Assembly (NCBI GenBank): GCA_963717505.1 | Contig: OY970342.1 | Span: 928,001 to 992,000, forward strand | Direction of reading: 5' to 3' | Length of the DNA stretch: 64,000 bases | Origin: Candidatus Eiseniibacteriota bacterium | Lineage (GTDB): Bacteria > Eisenbacteria > RBG-16-71-46 | In this document: one piece after another, positions 54,799 to 64,000 of the stretch | Position numbering within the stretch: position 1 is the first letter of the stretch | How the letters are laid out: every line of letters begins with the position of its first letter | Notes under the pieces: model-generated | What the model was told of the DNA's origin: nothing | What the model saw: only the letters and a program-made list of their open reading frames with translations | Database searches by the model: none | Translations under genes and position numbers: made by a program

Positions 54799-57582
54799 AT
54801 GAAGCTCTGGATCGCGGTCGTTGCCGTGATCTGCCTGACCGCGACCTGGGCCGAAGCCGCAGCAATTGGAAAGATCGGCGGGCGAATCGTCGCCACCGAC
54901 ACCGGTGAGCCACTCGCCTACGCCGACCTGCTCCTGACGCCTGCCGATACGACCCTCAAGCGGGTTGGCGGCCTGACCAATGGCGACGGCACGTTCCTGC
55001 TCGAGGCGGCTCCCGGGCTCTACACGCTCCAGCTGCGCGCTCTGTCGTATGCCACCAAGAAATTCGAAGCCATCCAGATCGAAGAAGGAAAGCTGCTGGA
55101 TTTCAGCACGGCACTCGCGCCCGAGGCGCTCCAGCAGGAAGAAATCGTCGTCGAAGCGCGTCGATCGGAGAACACGGAAGCGTCGATGCTCGCCGCCCGC
55201 AAGAAGGCGCCATCGGTCGGCGACGCGATCAGCGCCGAACAGGTGCGCAAGTCCGCCGACCGCGACGCCGCCGAGGTGTTGAAGCGGGTTACCGGCGTTT
55301 CGGTCAGCGACGGCAAATACGTGTTCGTCCGCGGCCTTGGCGAGCGCTATAGCTCGACCGAGGTGGATGGGGTCCGCATCGCCAGCCCGGAGGAGAACAA
55401 GCGGGTGGTGCCGCTCGACCTGGTGCCCTCCACCCTGCTCGAGAACATCGTGGTGCAGAAGACCTACACCGCCGACCGGCCCGGAGAATTCGGCGGCGGC
55501 GACGTCCAGGTGCGCACCAAGGACTTCCCGGGACGGCGGACGTGGTCGTTCGAGGTCCAGCAGGGCTTCGCCGAGAACGTGACGTTCGAAAACCGCAGAG
55601 CCTACGGTTTCTACCAGGGATTCGGCGCCGGCCAGCGTGCCATGCCCTCCGAAGTCGCTGGCATCCCGGTCCCGGGTCTTTCGAACGCAACGCGCCCGCA
55701 GCTGGCGTCCATGGCGCGGTCGTTCACCAACGAGTGGTCGCCGTACGGATCGACCACCGCGCCCAACGGCAGGTACTCGCTCACCTACGGTGACGAGCTC
55801 AAGCTGTTCGGCCGCTCGGTCGGGCTGATCCTCTCGTCCACGTTCTCGCGGGCCTTCGATATGCAGGAAGAGTCGCAGCGTTTGTTCCGCTCGTCGACCG
55901 ACACGATCTACGACTACCGCGTGACCAAGTGGACGGATGTCGCGCAGCTCGCCGGCCTCGGCGGTCTCAGCTACCGGCTGTCCCCATCACACTCGCTCCA
56001 CCTGCGCGGGCTCTACACCAGCACCGCCGATGACGAAGTGCGTATTTACGAGGGCTCGGATCACAACAGCAGCGACCCGATTTCCAACGAGTGGCTACAG
56101 CGCCGGAACACGCGGCTCCTGTACGCGCAAAGGACGGTGTTGTCCGGTTCGATCGAAGGCAAGCATCAGTTCCCGAGCGTGTTCGGCGCCGGCCTCGATT
56201 GGAAGTTCGGCCGCTCGCGGGCCGAGCGCGATCAGCCCGACCGGCGTGACGTCACCTACAACCGGCAATACTGGTTCGAAGGCGACACTGCTCACTGGGT
56301 CCTCAGCTCCCAGGGGATCCGAGAGTTCGGCGAGCTGACCGACAACGGCTGGGGCACGACGCTCAAGGGCGAGGTGCCGTACCAGCTGGGGAAGCTCGGT
56401 AACGGCAAGATGGCGATCGGCTACGACCGCCAAGCCAAGGACCGCGACAACTTTTACCGTCGATTCAACCTGTTCGTCGAGCCGCCCTATGTGGACAATA
56501 TGGAGGCCCCGCCCGAGAGCATCTTCGCCCCCGGCACGTTCGACGGCAGCTCGACCAGCGGGTATCTGCTGGACGTGACTTACAACGACCCACTGATCGG
56601 CGTCGACAACTACACCGCCCAGCAGCGGGTGACCGCGGGATTCCTCAACTTCGACGTGCCTTTTGGCTCCAAAGTCCGTGGCGCCTTCGGGGTCCGCGTC
56701 GAGCATGGCTACCAGAATGTCGAGAGCTTCGCCCTGTTCGACCCGGACTCGATCCTGATCGCGGGCGAGCTGGACAACACCGACTGGCTGCCGGCCGGCA
56801 ATCTGACCTGGGCCATCACCCAGACGGTGAACCTTAGGCTCGCGGGCAGCCAGACCATCTCGCGGCCGGATCTCAACGAGCTATCGCCGAGCCCATTCCC
56901 CGAGTACATCGGCGGCTACTTCGTGAAGGGCAACCCTGACCTCGATCGCGCCCTGCTCGACAACTACGACATCCGATTCGAGGCATTCCCCGGGCTCTCC
57001 GAAGTGTTGGCGGTGGGCGTGTTCTACAAGAATCTGCGCCAGCCGATTGAACGAGTCATCAAGCCCGGCAGCCAGGTCGCCCTGCTGCAGCCCGAGAACT
57101 CCGCGAAGGGCCGCAACCAGGGTATCGAGCTGGAAGCCCGAGTCGGACTCGGAAGAGTATGGAGCCCGCTGTCCCGCTTCTCGATCAGTTCCAATGCGTC
57201 GTTCATTTCGTCCAAGGTCACGCTCTATCCAACGGTCTCGCGCACCGGGACGTCCGAGCATCCCCTGCAGGGCCAGACTGATTATCTGATCAATGTCGGA
57301 CTCGGCTACGCGATCCCGGGAAGACTCGATGCGACTCTACTGGTCAACTCGATCGGCAAACGCCTGACGGCGCTCGGCTACGATCCACTGCCCGACATCT
57401 ACGAGCAGCCGTACACGTCGATGGACGCCGCGTTGAATATGATGGTGTTCTCCAACGGTCGGCTCAAGCTCGGTGCGAGAAACCTGCTCGACCCGACGAT
57501 CGAGCGACTCCAGGGTCATCGTGTGTCATCTTCGTACCGGACCGGCCGCACCTTCTCGATCGCGTTCACGGTCGGTTCGTAG
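54799..57582 (+). CDS. TonB-dependent receptor
   Basis: Carboxypeptidase-regulatory-like N-terminus, plug VFVRGLGERYS...DLVPS..LENIVVQKT, GNPDL, NLLD, GRTFSIAF. Confidence 0.95.
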   Translation: MKLWIAVVAVICLTATWAEAAAIGKIGGRIVATDTGEPLAYADLLLTPADTTLKRVGGLTNGDGTFLLEAAPGLYTLQLRALSYATKKFEAIQIEEGKLLDFSTALAPEALQQEEIVVEARRSENTEASMLAARKKAPSVGDAISAEQVRKSADRDAAEVLKRVTGVSVSDGKYVFVRGLGERYSSTEVDGVRIASPEENKRVVPLDLVPSTLLENIVVQKTYTADRPGEFGGGDVQVRTKDFPGRRTWSFEVQQGFAENVTFENRRAYGFYQGFGAGQRAMPSEVAGIPVPGLSNATRPQLASMARSFTNEWSPYGSTTAPNGRYSLTYGDELKLFGRSVGLILSSTFSRAFDMQEESQRLFRSSTDTIYDYRVTKWTDVAQLAGLGGLSYRLSPSHSLHLRGLYTSTADDEVRIYEGSDHNSSDPISNEWLQRRNTRLLYAQRTVLSGSIEGKHQFPSVFGAGLDWKFGRSRAERDQPDRRDVTYNRQYWFEGDTAHWVLSSQGIREFGELTDNGWGTTLKGEVPYQLGKLGNGKMAIGYDRQAKDRDNFYRRFNLFVEPPYVDNMEAPPESIFAPGTFDGSSTSGYLLDVTYNDPLIGVDNYTAQQRVTAGFLNFDVPFGSKVRGAFGVRVEHGYQNVESFALFDPDSILIAGELDNTDWLPAGNLTWAITQTVNLRLAGSQTISRPDLNELSPSPFPEYIGGYFVKGNPDLDRALLDNYDIRFEAFPGLSEVLAVGVFYKNLRQPIERVIKPGSQVALLQPENSAKGRNQGIELEARVGLGRVWSPLSRFSISSNASFISSKVTLYPTVSRTGTSEHPLQGQTDYLINVGLGYAIPGRLDATLLVNSIGKRLTALGYDPLPDIYEQPYTSMDAALNMMVFSNGRLKLGARNLLDPTIERLQGHRVSSSYRTGRTFSIAFTVGS

Positions 57583-57586
57583 CCGA

Positions 57587-58249
57587 ATGGCGGATCGTAT
57601 TCACCGAACTCGAAGGGCCCGGTCGCGTCTGGCGGCTGCGTTGGCGTGTGGATTCCTGCTGCTGGCGGCCTCGGCCCTCGCCGCCAGCACCCCCGATTCC
57701 ACATCGGTCCAGAGCAATCGTGTCTACTCGGTCAAGGATTCGCCCGGCTACTTCCCGCCGGCGGACCCCGAGTCAGCGTCGGTTCGCATCGGGCGCCGGG
57801 TGAATGCGCCACTGATCAAGAAGTCCTTCAACGGCGGCGGCGCCAGCATGAAGGAACTCGGGACGATGATCTGCCGAGTGTTCGAGCGCACCCCAAAGGT
57901 GGATTCGCTGATGATGCTGTCGGTCTCGCGCGACGAGTTCGAAGTGATCCTGTGGCCGGAGTTCCCGCAGAGCCGGCCCGCCACCGGGTTGACCGGCGAG
58001 GATGCCTGGCGCGTGCTGTACCCGCGGTTGGTCAACGGCAACAACAGCGCGCTGATCAGCTACGGCGGCGGACTCTACGAGTTCCTGCGCTTCGAGGTCG
58101 ATTCGGTGGCGAAATACAAGAACTTCAAGCTGCACAACGGGGTGACGCTGGTGGCTCGCGGTGCGGACGGCGAAGAAACGCGGATGGACTGGATTCGTTC
58201 GATCGCCGAGCGCAGCGGCCGGTTCAAGCTCTACAGCGTACGCGACTGA
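57587..58249 (+). CDS. Exported hypothetical protein
   Basis: Signal peptide (LLLAASALA); host-like codon use; 4 bp downstream of the receptor gene. Confidence 0.7.
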   Translation: MADRIHRTRRARSRLAAALACGFLLLAASALAASTPDSTSVQSNRVYSVKDSPGYFPPADPESASVRIGRRVNAPLIKKSFNGGGASMKELGTMICRVFERTPKVDSLMMLSVSRDEFEVILWPEFPQSRPATGLTGEDAWRVLYPRLVNGNNSALISYGGGLYEFLRFEVDSVAKYKNFKLHNGVTLVARGADGEETRMDWIRSIAERSGRFKLYSVRD

Positions 58250-58256
58250 GCGCGGG

Positions 58257-59153
58257 TCAGCGCAAGAACAGGATCACCACGCCCGCCACCGCGACCAGTG
58301 CCCCGATCACGGCTCGCGCCGTCACCCGCTCGCCGTGGAACCGCGCGGCGATGAGCATCGCCAGCACCGGATAGAACGCGGTGATCGACGCCGCAACCCC
58401 GGCCTCGATGAACGACAGGGCGACCAGCGACAGCGTCACGCCAAGGAAGGGGCCGAACACCGCGCCGCCGACCATGAACCACGTGCTGGTTCGGTCCCGT
58501 AGCGCCGCGAGCGTGCGCGGGATCGCACCTTGGACCGCCGCCAGCAACGTGATCGCGATCGCGGCGGAGGTGATGCGAATCACCGTCGCCGACAGCGGAT
58601 CGATGCCCGTGCGCAGGGCGAGCTTGGAGAGGACGTAGCCGCTGCCCTGGCCCATGGCGCCGAGCACACCGGCGAGCACTCCAAAGGCCACCGAGCCCTC
58701 GACGTGCGCCGGGGCCCCGCGTTCGCGCTCGTACAGCACCCAGGCGATCCCGCCGACGATCAACAGCATGCCGAGGAGTGCCAGCGGGCCCGGAATCTCG
58801 CCCAGCACCGGCAGGCCGATCACCGTGGTGAAGATCGGCGCACTCGAAGCGAGCACCGAGGCACGACCCGGACCGAGGATTACGAGTGATCGGAAGTAGA
58901 AGCTGTCGCCGAATACGAAGCCGATCAATCCACTGAGGGCCAGGATTCCGACCTGCTCGCCGGTGGCCCAGACGGGCCAAGGACTGCCGCGTACCACCCA
59001 CAGGGCGAAGCCCAGCAATCCCATCGCCACCACGATGCGCAGCCGGTTGAGCACCATGGAGCCCATGCGCTTCCCGGCGGCGGCGAACAGATTCGAGCCG
59101 GTGGCCCAGCACAACGCGGTGCCGAGCGCCGCCAGCTCGCCTGCGTAGTTCAC
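58257..59153 (-). CDS. DMT/EamA family transporter
   Basis: GELAALGTALCWA; duplicated 5-TM halves; GE motifs. Confidence 0.9.
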   Translation of the reverse strand: MNYAGELAALGTALCWATGSNLFAAAGKRMGSMVLNRLRIVVAMGLLGFALWVVRGSPWPVWATGEQVGILALSGLIGFVFGDSFYFRSLVILGPGRASVLASSAPIFTTVIGLPVLGEIPGPLALLGMLLIVGGIAWVLYERERGAPAHVEGSVAFGVLAGVLGAMGQGSGYVLSKLALRTGIDPLSATVIRITSAAIAITLLAAVQGAIPRTLAALRDRTSTWFMVGGAVFGPFLGVTLSLVALSFIEAGVAASITAFYPVLAMLIAARFHGERVTARAVIGALVAVAGVVILFLR

Positions 59154-59971
59154 TCGAAGCGGGTCGCCCTACGGGCCGACGGAGGCGCGCCGAACTTGGC
59201 CTCGCGCTTCTCCCCGAACGCAAATATGCCCTCGGCGGAATCCGGGGATTTCCAGCACGCCTCCTGAGCATCGATCTCGGCCGCCAGAACCTGCTCGACC
59301 GAGCTGCCGAGCGAGGCGCGCAGCAGGCGCTTGGCCTCGCGCAGGCTGGTCTGCGGCGCGGCCGCAAGCCGGCGCGCGAGTGCCTGGGTTTCGACCGCGA
59401 GTCGCGTACCGGAGACCACACGATTCACGAGCCCGATGCGATGTGCTTCACGCGCGTCGACCGGCTCGCCCGTCCAACACAGCTCCTGCGCCTTGGCCAG
59501 CCCGACCAGGCGCGGCAGGTGGTAGGCACCGCCCCAGTCGATGCACAACCCGATGTTGACGAAGCTGACGATGAAGCTCGCGGTCTCCGACGCGATCCGC
59601 AGGTCGCACGCCAGGGCCAGACACATGCCGCCGCCGGCTGCCACGCCGTTGACCGCCGCGATCGTCGGACCGGGAAACACATCGAGTCGTCGCACGACTT
59701 CACGCCCGGCTTCGAGCAGGGGGCGCAGACCGTCGTAGCCCGCCTCGCGCGCCTTCAGGTCCATCATGAAACGCACGTCGCCGCCGGCGCTGAACGCCCG
59801 CCCGGCGCCGGTGATCACCAGCACGCGCGCCTCGGGATTCGACGCGAGGTGGTCGAGCCCGGCGACGATCTGCTCGCGCATGTCGTCGGCGAACGAGTTG
59901 AGCTTCTCCGGACGATTGATGGTCAGCGTGCCGACACCGTCGCGAACTTCAGTGAGGATGCGGTCGGACAT
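59150..59971 (-). CDS. Enoyl-CoA hydratase/isomerase (PaaG-like)
   Basis: INRPEKLN, AFSAGGD, VNGVAAGGG, IGLCIDWGG (Asp-type, lacks the Glu pair). Confidence 0.9.
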   Translation of the reverse strand: MSDRILTEVRDGVGTLTINRPEKLNSFADDMREQIVAGLDHLASNPEARVLVITGAGRAFSAGGDVRFMMDLKAREAGYDGLRPLLEAGREVVRRLDVFPGPTIAAVNGVAAGGGMCLALACDLRIASETASFIVSFVNIGLCIDWGGAYHLPRLVGLAKAQELCWTGEPVDAREAHRIGLVNRVVSGTRLAVETQALARRLAAAPQTSLREAKRLLRASLGSSVEQVLAAEIDAQEACWKSPDSAEGIFAFGEKREAKFGAPPSARRATRFE

Positions 59972-60093
59972 TCCTTGTCTCCTCCCCGGGTCGAGATTCC
60001 CCCGGCGCAGGATACAACCGCCACGCGCCGGCGGCGATCCGGTTTCCCGGACGAGGTTTGTGGGTGATGCCCAGGGCTCACTATGATCCGCCG

Positions 60094-60510
60094 ATGCCCG
60101 CACGCGTCAGTGACACCATGGCTTCGCTCGGCCTGCTGATCCTGCGATTGTTCGCCGGCGGCATCCTGATCTACGGCCATGGCTGGCCCAAGCTCATGAA
60201 ATGGCGCGAGGCGGCTGCGACCTTCCCCGATCCGATCGGGATTGGTTCGGTGGCGGGATTCTGGCTCGTGGCCGCCGCCGAAACCCTGTGCAGTGCGCTG
60301 GTCCTGCTGGGCTGGTTCACACGCGTGGCCTGCGTGCTCCCGATCGGGTTCTTTCTGATCGCCTTCTTTGTTCAGCACGCGGCGGACCCGTTCCGCCAGA
60401 AGGAGCTGGCGCTCCTGTTCCTCGCCGTGTTCGCGTGTCTGTTCTTCACCGGCCCCGGCCGGTTCGCGCTCGACGAAAAGTTCGGGCCGAGGTTCTCGTT
60501 CCGGGGCTGA
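60094..60510 (+). CDS. DoxX family membrane protein
   Basis: LLILRL..G...HGWPK, ETL, KELALL, GPGRFALD. Confidence 0.9.
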   Translation: MPARVSDTMASLGLLILRLFAGGILIYGHGWPKLMKWREAAATFPDPIGIGSVAGFWLVAAAETLCSALVLLGWFTRVACVLPIGFFLIAFFVQHAADPFRQKELALLFLAVFACLFFTGPGRFALDEKFGPRFSFRG

Positions 60511-60513
60511 CGA

Positions 60514-61125
60514 CTACGCCGCCGCCGCCGCCGGCCGGCGCGAGGTGCCGCGCTTCCACTCGAGCCACTTGACCCAAGCGTTCTCGAACTCGTTCGCGAC
60601 ACTGCTGCCGTTCACCGACTTGAACACGCCCATCGGACGTTCGGTGCAGGCGCGCGCGAACGGCGCGTAGACTCCGACCGCGCGGACCTGAACCACGCTG
60701 TGTCCCGGCGCGGGGTCGCGGTCGGCGCCGGCGCGCGTGGTGAACGTGACCTGGTCGCCGTTGGCGTAGGTGGTGACGATGTCCATCCAGCGGCCGGAGG
60801 TTGCATGGTCGTAGAGCGCAGCGTGCACGCAGTGAGTCGGGTGCGCGAGCAGCCGGATCGTGACGTCGCGGGCGCCGTCGAACGTGAAGCACCCCGCGTC
60901 CTCGAAGCCCTGATCGGTCAGCGCGTTCGCGGTCCGCTCCAACCACTCGGACACGACGATCGACCGCCTCTCGAGCGGCACGACCCGGATCGCCTCGGGA
61001 AGCCGTGAGGCGTCGAACAGCCTCAGGTACGCGGGGGGCCGAGTCCGCGCGCGGCGGCGGCGATGAACGCCCCACGCAACGCCCGCAACGGCCAGCACAC
61101 CCGCAGCCAAAGCGAATCCGTTCAT
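60514..61125 (-). CDS. Membrane-anchored hypothetical protein
   Basis: GGGAGAG RBS; N-terminal TM MNGFALAAGVLAVAGVAW followed by a basic patch. Confidence 0.65.
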   Translation of the reverse strand: MNGFALAAGVLAVAGVAWGVHRRRRARTRPPAYLRLFDASRLPEAIRVVPLERRSIVVSEWLERTANALTDQGFEDAGCFTFDGARDVTIRLLAHPTHCVHAALYDHATSGRWMDIVTTYANGDQVTFTTRAGADRDPAPGHSVVQVRAVGVYAPFARACTERPMGVFKSVNGSSVANEFENAWVKWLEWKRGTSRRPAAAAA

Positions 61126-61373
61126 GGCGCTCTCCCGGCCACGCGGCCTGGAATTCGCCTGCCACGATCCCAAGGCTGCAGGTTTCGTACCGTGCGCCGA
61201 ACCCCATCTGCGAACGCATCGTCCGCTGCCCCGCGCATCCGGCTTCCGCCCGCATTCCGGGCGGGTGAATGTCGCGATCACCCACCACTCGCGTAAGCCC
61301 TTGCGAGTGCGCCCGGGTGGGCGATTGCGCGCGCAGCATTGCAGGCTGCACGGAGCCCGCATACGGTTCGCCC

Positions 61374-62306
61374 ATGCCGGAACTTCCGGACATCACTCTC
61401 TACGTCGAGCATCTCGAGCGTCGGATCGCCGGCGCCACCCTGGTCAGCGCTCAGGTGGTCGGCGCGAACTTGCTGCGGACGGTCGAGCCGGCGCTCGACG
61501 CCGGGCACGGACGGCGGGTGCACTCGGTCGACCGGATCGGCAAGCGCATCGCGATCGGCTTCGAAGGCGGGCTCTACTTCGTTCTTCACCTGATGATCTC
61601 TGGGCGCCTGCAGTGGCGGGACCGGGATGCTCCCCCTCGGCGCGCGGCCGCACCCGCTCCCGGTCGCCCCCGGCCCCGACTCGGACGCAATGGCCTCGCG
61701 GCCTTCGAGTTCTCGACCGGCCTCCTGACGCTGACCGAGACCAGTCGCCACCAACGCGCGGCACTCCACGTCGTCCAGGGCGAATCGGCGGCCCGATCCC
61801 TCGGCGCCGGCGGGGTCGAACCGCTGGAAGCCGACGCGGCGGCATTCCGCGCGGCGTTGGGCCGCGAGAACCACACGCTCAAACGCGCGCTCACCGATCC
61901 GCGCATGTTCAGCGGGATCGGCAACGCCTACTCCGACGAGATCCTGCATCGCGCGCGCCTGTCGCCACTCCAGTGGACGTCGCGGCTCGACGACGGTGAG
62001 ATCGAACGATTGCGCGACGCCACGCGCGCGGTGCTGGTCGAGTGGACCGACCGGTTGCGCCGCGAGTGCGGCGACGCGTTCCCTCGAGAAGTGACCGCTT
62101 TCCGCGAAGGCATGGCCGTGCATGGCCGGTTCCGGAAACCCTGTCCGGCGTGCGGAACACCGATCCAGCGCATCGTCTACGCGGAGCACGAAACCAACTA
62201 CTGCGCGCGCTGCCAGACCGGGGGGCGTCTGCTCGCGGACCGCGCTCGGTCGCGTCTGCTCGGCAGCGATTGGCCGCGCACGCTCGAGGAGCTGGAGGAG
62301 CGCTAG
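61374..62306 (+). CDS. Fpg/Nei family DNA glycosylase
   Basis: MPELPD, RIGK, HLMISG, SGIGNAYSDE, zinc finger CPAC...YCARCQ. Confidence 0.93.
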   Translation: MPELPDITLYVEHLERRIAGATLVSAQVVGANLLRTVEPALDAGHGRRVHSVDRIGKRIAIGFEGGLYFVLHLMISGRLQWRDRDAPPRRAAAPAPGRPRPRLGRNGLAAFEFSTGLLTLTETSRHQRAALHVVQGESAARSLGAGGVEPLEADAAAFRAALGRENHTLKRALTDPRMFSGIGNAYSDEILHRARLSPLQWTSRLDDGEIERLRDATRAVLVEWTDRLRRECGDAFPREVTAFREGMAVHGRFRKPCPACGTPIQRIVYAEHETNYCARCQTGGRLLADRARSRLLGSDWPRTLEELEER

Positions 62307-62385
62307 GAGATCGCTGCGCGCCCGGCGGCGCCCTTGGACTCCGGTGCCGCACTCGCGTGTCGCAAAGCGTTTGACGTCCCGGCGA

Positions 62386-63423
62386 CTACGCCGCGCGGCG
62401 CAGATTGCGCCAGCGGGCGGGCTTACCCTGATGATTCCAGACCGCGCGCGAGTGCGGGAGGAACTCGATGGGACGCGCGTCCGGATTCGGCTTCTCCTCG
62501 CGCTCGGCGGCCTCACGGGGCGCGACCATGAACGCCCAGCCGGTCTCCGCGTCGCGGGCCAGCTGTGCGGCGAGCCGCAAGGCGCGCAGGTACTCGAACA
62601 GCGCGGCCCCGAGTGCCGCGACCTGGAGCGCGATCAACGGCCAGCGCCGGCGCAGATAGTCCCCGATCGCGGAGGGCTGGAACAGCAGGATGCCGATCCA
62701 CGCGACCAAGCCCAGAATGCCGATCAGCACCCAGTGATTTGGCCAGCGCAGGTGCCGGATGTGCTCCTCCAGCTCGCCGCGTTCCGAGTCGTTGAGCGTG
62801 CGACGCACGATCTCGGCGTCCGGGGCGCCCTCGAGCCACGCGACCTCACGCGGCACGGAGACGCGCAGCGAGTACTGGGGTAGTGCCGCGACCTCGCTGA
62901 GCGTCACCGGCTCGAAACGAACCTCGCGTCCGCGGCGGACCATCACGCATGACGACACCGGGAGCACGTCGAGCCACTGGGTTACCCCGGGCTCGTCGCG
63001 CAGGACCCCCGCGGCCAGCAGGCGCGCCTGCTCGTCGTCGAGGGTTTCGCCGTCGTCGATCCGGCCGGCAAAGCGCAGCAACTCGCCGTGTTCGAGGTCG
63101 CCACGGAATCGGGCGCGTTCGCGCCAGCGGTCACGAATGACCAGTCCGAGCACCGCTGGGAGCACGATCGCAGCCAGCAGGACGCCGGCCCCACGCATCA
63201 CCAGGTCCAGGGTCGAAGGGGCCGCGGGGCCCCAGGTCAGCAGGGTGAGCGCGGCGAGCATCGTGGTCGGGATCCCGGCGAGTGCCAGCCCCAGGTCTCG
63301 GGAATGCAAGGCAATCGAGCGCTCGAGGATGGTGCGCTCGGCCACGGTATAGGGCCGGGATTCCTCGAGTCGGAGCCCGGCGCACCAGTGTTCGGTCCGA
63401 AGGTCGTCGCGCTCGGCTGTCAT
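62386..63423 (-). CDS. Hypothetical membrane protein with an internal duplication
   Basis: Two TM hairpins, each flanked by similar motifs (see findings). Confidence 0.7.
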   Translation of the reverse strand: MTAERDDLRTEHWCAGLRLEESRPYTVAERTILERSIALHSRDLGLALAGIPTTMLAALTLLTWGPAAPSTLDLVMRGAGVLLAAIVLPAVLGLVIRDRWRERARFRGDLEHGELLRFAGRIDDGETLDDEQARLLAAGVLRDEPGVTQWLDVLPVSSCVMVRRGREVRFEPVTLSEVAALPQYSLRVSVPREVAWLEGAPDAEIVRRTLNDSERGELEEHIRHLRWPNHWVLIGILGLVAWIGILLFQPSAIGDYLRRRWPLIALQVAALGAALFEYLRALRLAAQLARDAETGWAFMVAPREAAEREEKPNPDARPIEFLPHSRAVWNHQGKPARWRNLRRAA

Positions 63424-63524
63424 GCCATGAGTAATCGGCACGAATCGGCCGGCGGACCAGGGGCTTGCCCTGATCCGCCGCTTGAATAACGCACTCTCCC
63501 CCGGCCTCCGACGGCGACTTTCAT
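63420..63524 (-). CDS. 34-aa ORF, possible truncated gene remnant or leader peptide
   Basis: Strong RBS AAGGAGG before ATG 63524; MKVAVGGRGRVRYSSGG...LLMA; its stop overlaps the next ATG (ATGA). Confidence 0.35.
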   Translation of the reverse strand: MKVAVGGRGRVRYSSGGSGQAPGPPADSCRLLMA

Positions 63525-63605
63525 GGTTTTCCTCCTTCCTTCGATGGGGGATACTCCTCGGGTCTTCATCCCATGGCTTAAGCGGGCGCCAGTGGGAAGG
63601 GACCG

Positions 63606-63635
63606 TTCTAAAACCGGTCTAGTATTGCTTTAGAA
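63606..63635. promoter_or_regulatory. Inverted repeat, putative operator in a divergent promoter region
   Basis: TTCTAAA-N16-TTTAGAA in an AT-rich patch upstream of an HTH regulator. Confidence 0.5.
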
Positions 63636-63687
63636 TGAACCCCACTCCAGCCGCGTCCGCAGTGTGTCGCAGAAGTGAGGTAATGCC

Positions 63688-64000
63688 ATGGAATCCAAAG
63701 ATCTAGCCCGTCAGGTCACAGCCCTGGCCGTCCTGAACGAGCCGGCCCGCCGGAGGCTCTATCTCTACGTAGCGGATCAGGATGGAGAGGTCAGCCGCGA
63801 GGAAGCGGCGCAGGCGATAGGGATCTCTCGTCCCCTGGCGGCCTTCCATCTGGACAAGCTGGTCGAGGCCGGGCTCCTGGAATCCGACTTTCGAAGGCTC
63901 TCCGGTCGGTCGGGGCCGGGGGCCGGGAGGCCCTCGAAGCTCTATCGCCGGGCAACCGCCCAGTTCGATGTCAGCCTGCCGCCTCGTCGCTACGAGCTGG
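63688..64000 (+). CDS. ArsR-like winged-helix transcriptional regulator, 3' end runs off the window
   Basis: Own translation: MESKDLARQVTALAVLNEPARRRLYLYV...SREEAAQAIGISRPLAAFHLDKLVEAGLL...GPGAGRPSKLY; GAGG RBS. Confidence 0.88.
   Translation, partial: MESKDLARQVTALAVLNEPARRRLYLYVADQDGEVSREEAAQAIGISRPLAAFHLDKLVEAGLLESDFRRLSGRSGPGAGRPSKLYRRATAQFDVSLPPRRYEL

Noticed and set aside
52854-54902. 682-aa minus-strand ORF
   Set aside because: Antisense shadow of the beta-helix gene.
1-64000. CRISPR arrays, tRNA/rRNA, IS elements, selenocysteine recoding
   Set aside because: No repeat-spacer pattern, RNA gene signature or transposase was seen, and no in-frame TGA at a Cys position in the redox genes. 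This was by eye only; tRNAscan, cmscan and ISEScan would be decisive.

Overview
A GC-rich, gene-dense bacterial chromosomal segment with about 52 CDS. I saw no rRNA, tRNA, CRISPR array or transposase. Three secreted proteins end in a FlgD-Ig/T9SS-like C-terminal domain, which suggests an FCB-group-related lineage such as Ca. Eisenbacteria (inference only). Housekeeping and accessory genes include a 7Fe ferredoxin, a MacAB-like exporter, trxB, ETF-QO, a TatT/TatP/DctQM (TPAT) transporter, tamB/tamA, a PlpD-like patatin, queG, moaD-GNAT-moaE, bcp, sod, ispH, arsR-arsM, a TonB receptor with a beta-helix partner, and Fpg/Nei. The standout is a tightly coupled minus-strand operon (about 16165-23700) behind a sigma54-type promoter. 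It encodes a His-rich membrane protein (putative di-heme b), a membrane-anchored Zn-ribbon/2x[4Fe-4S]/circularly permuted TrxB-YpdA flavoprotein, a 20-heme and a 19-heme cytochrome c, and an outer-membrane beta-barrel. Together these could form a complete cytoplasmic NAD(P)H-to-cell-surface electron conduit. All calls come from reading the sequence by eye; no searches were run.
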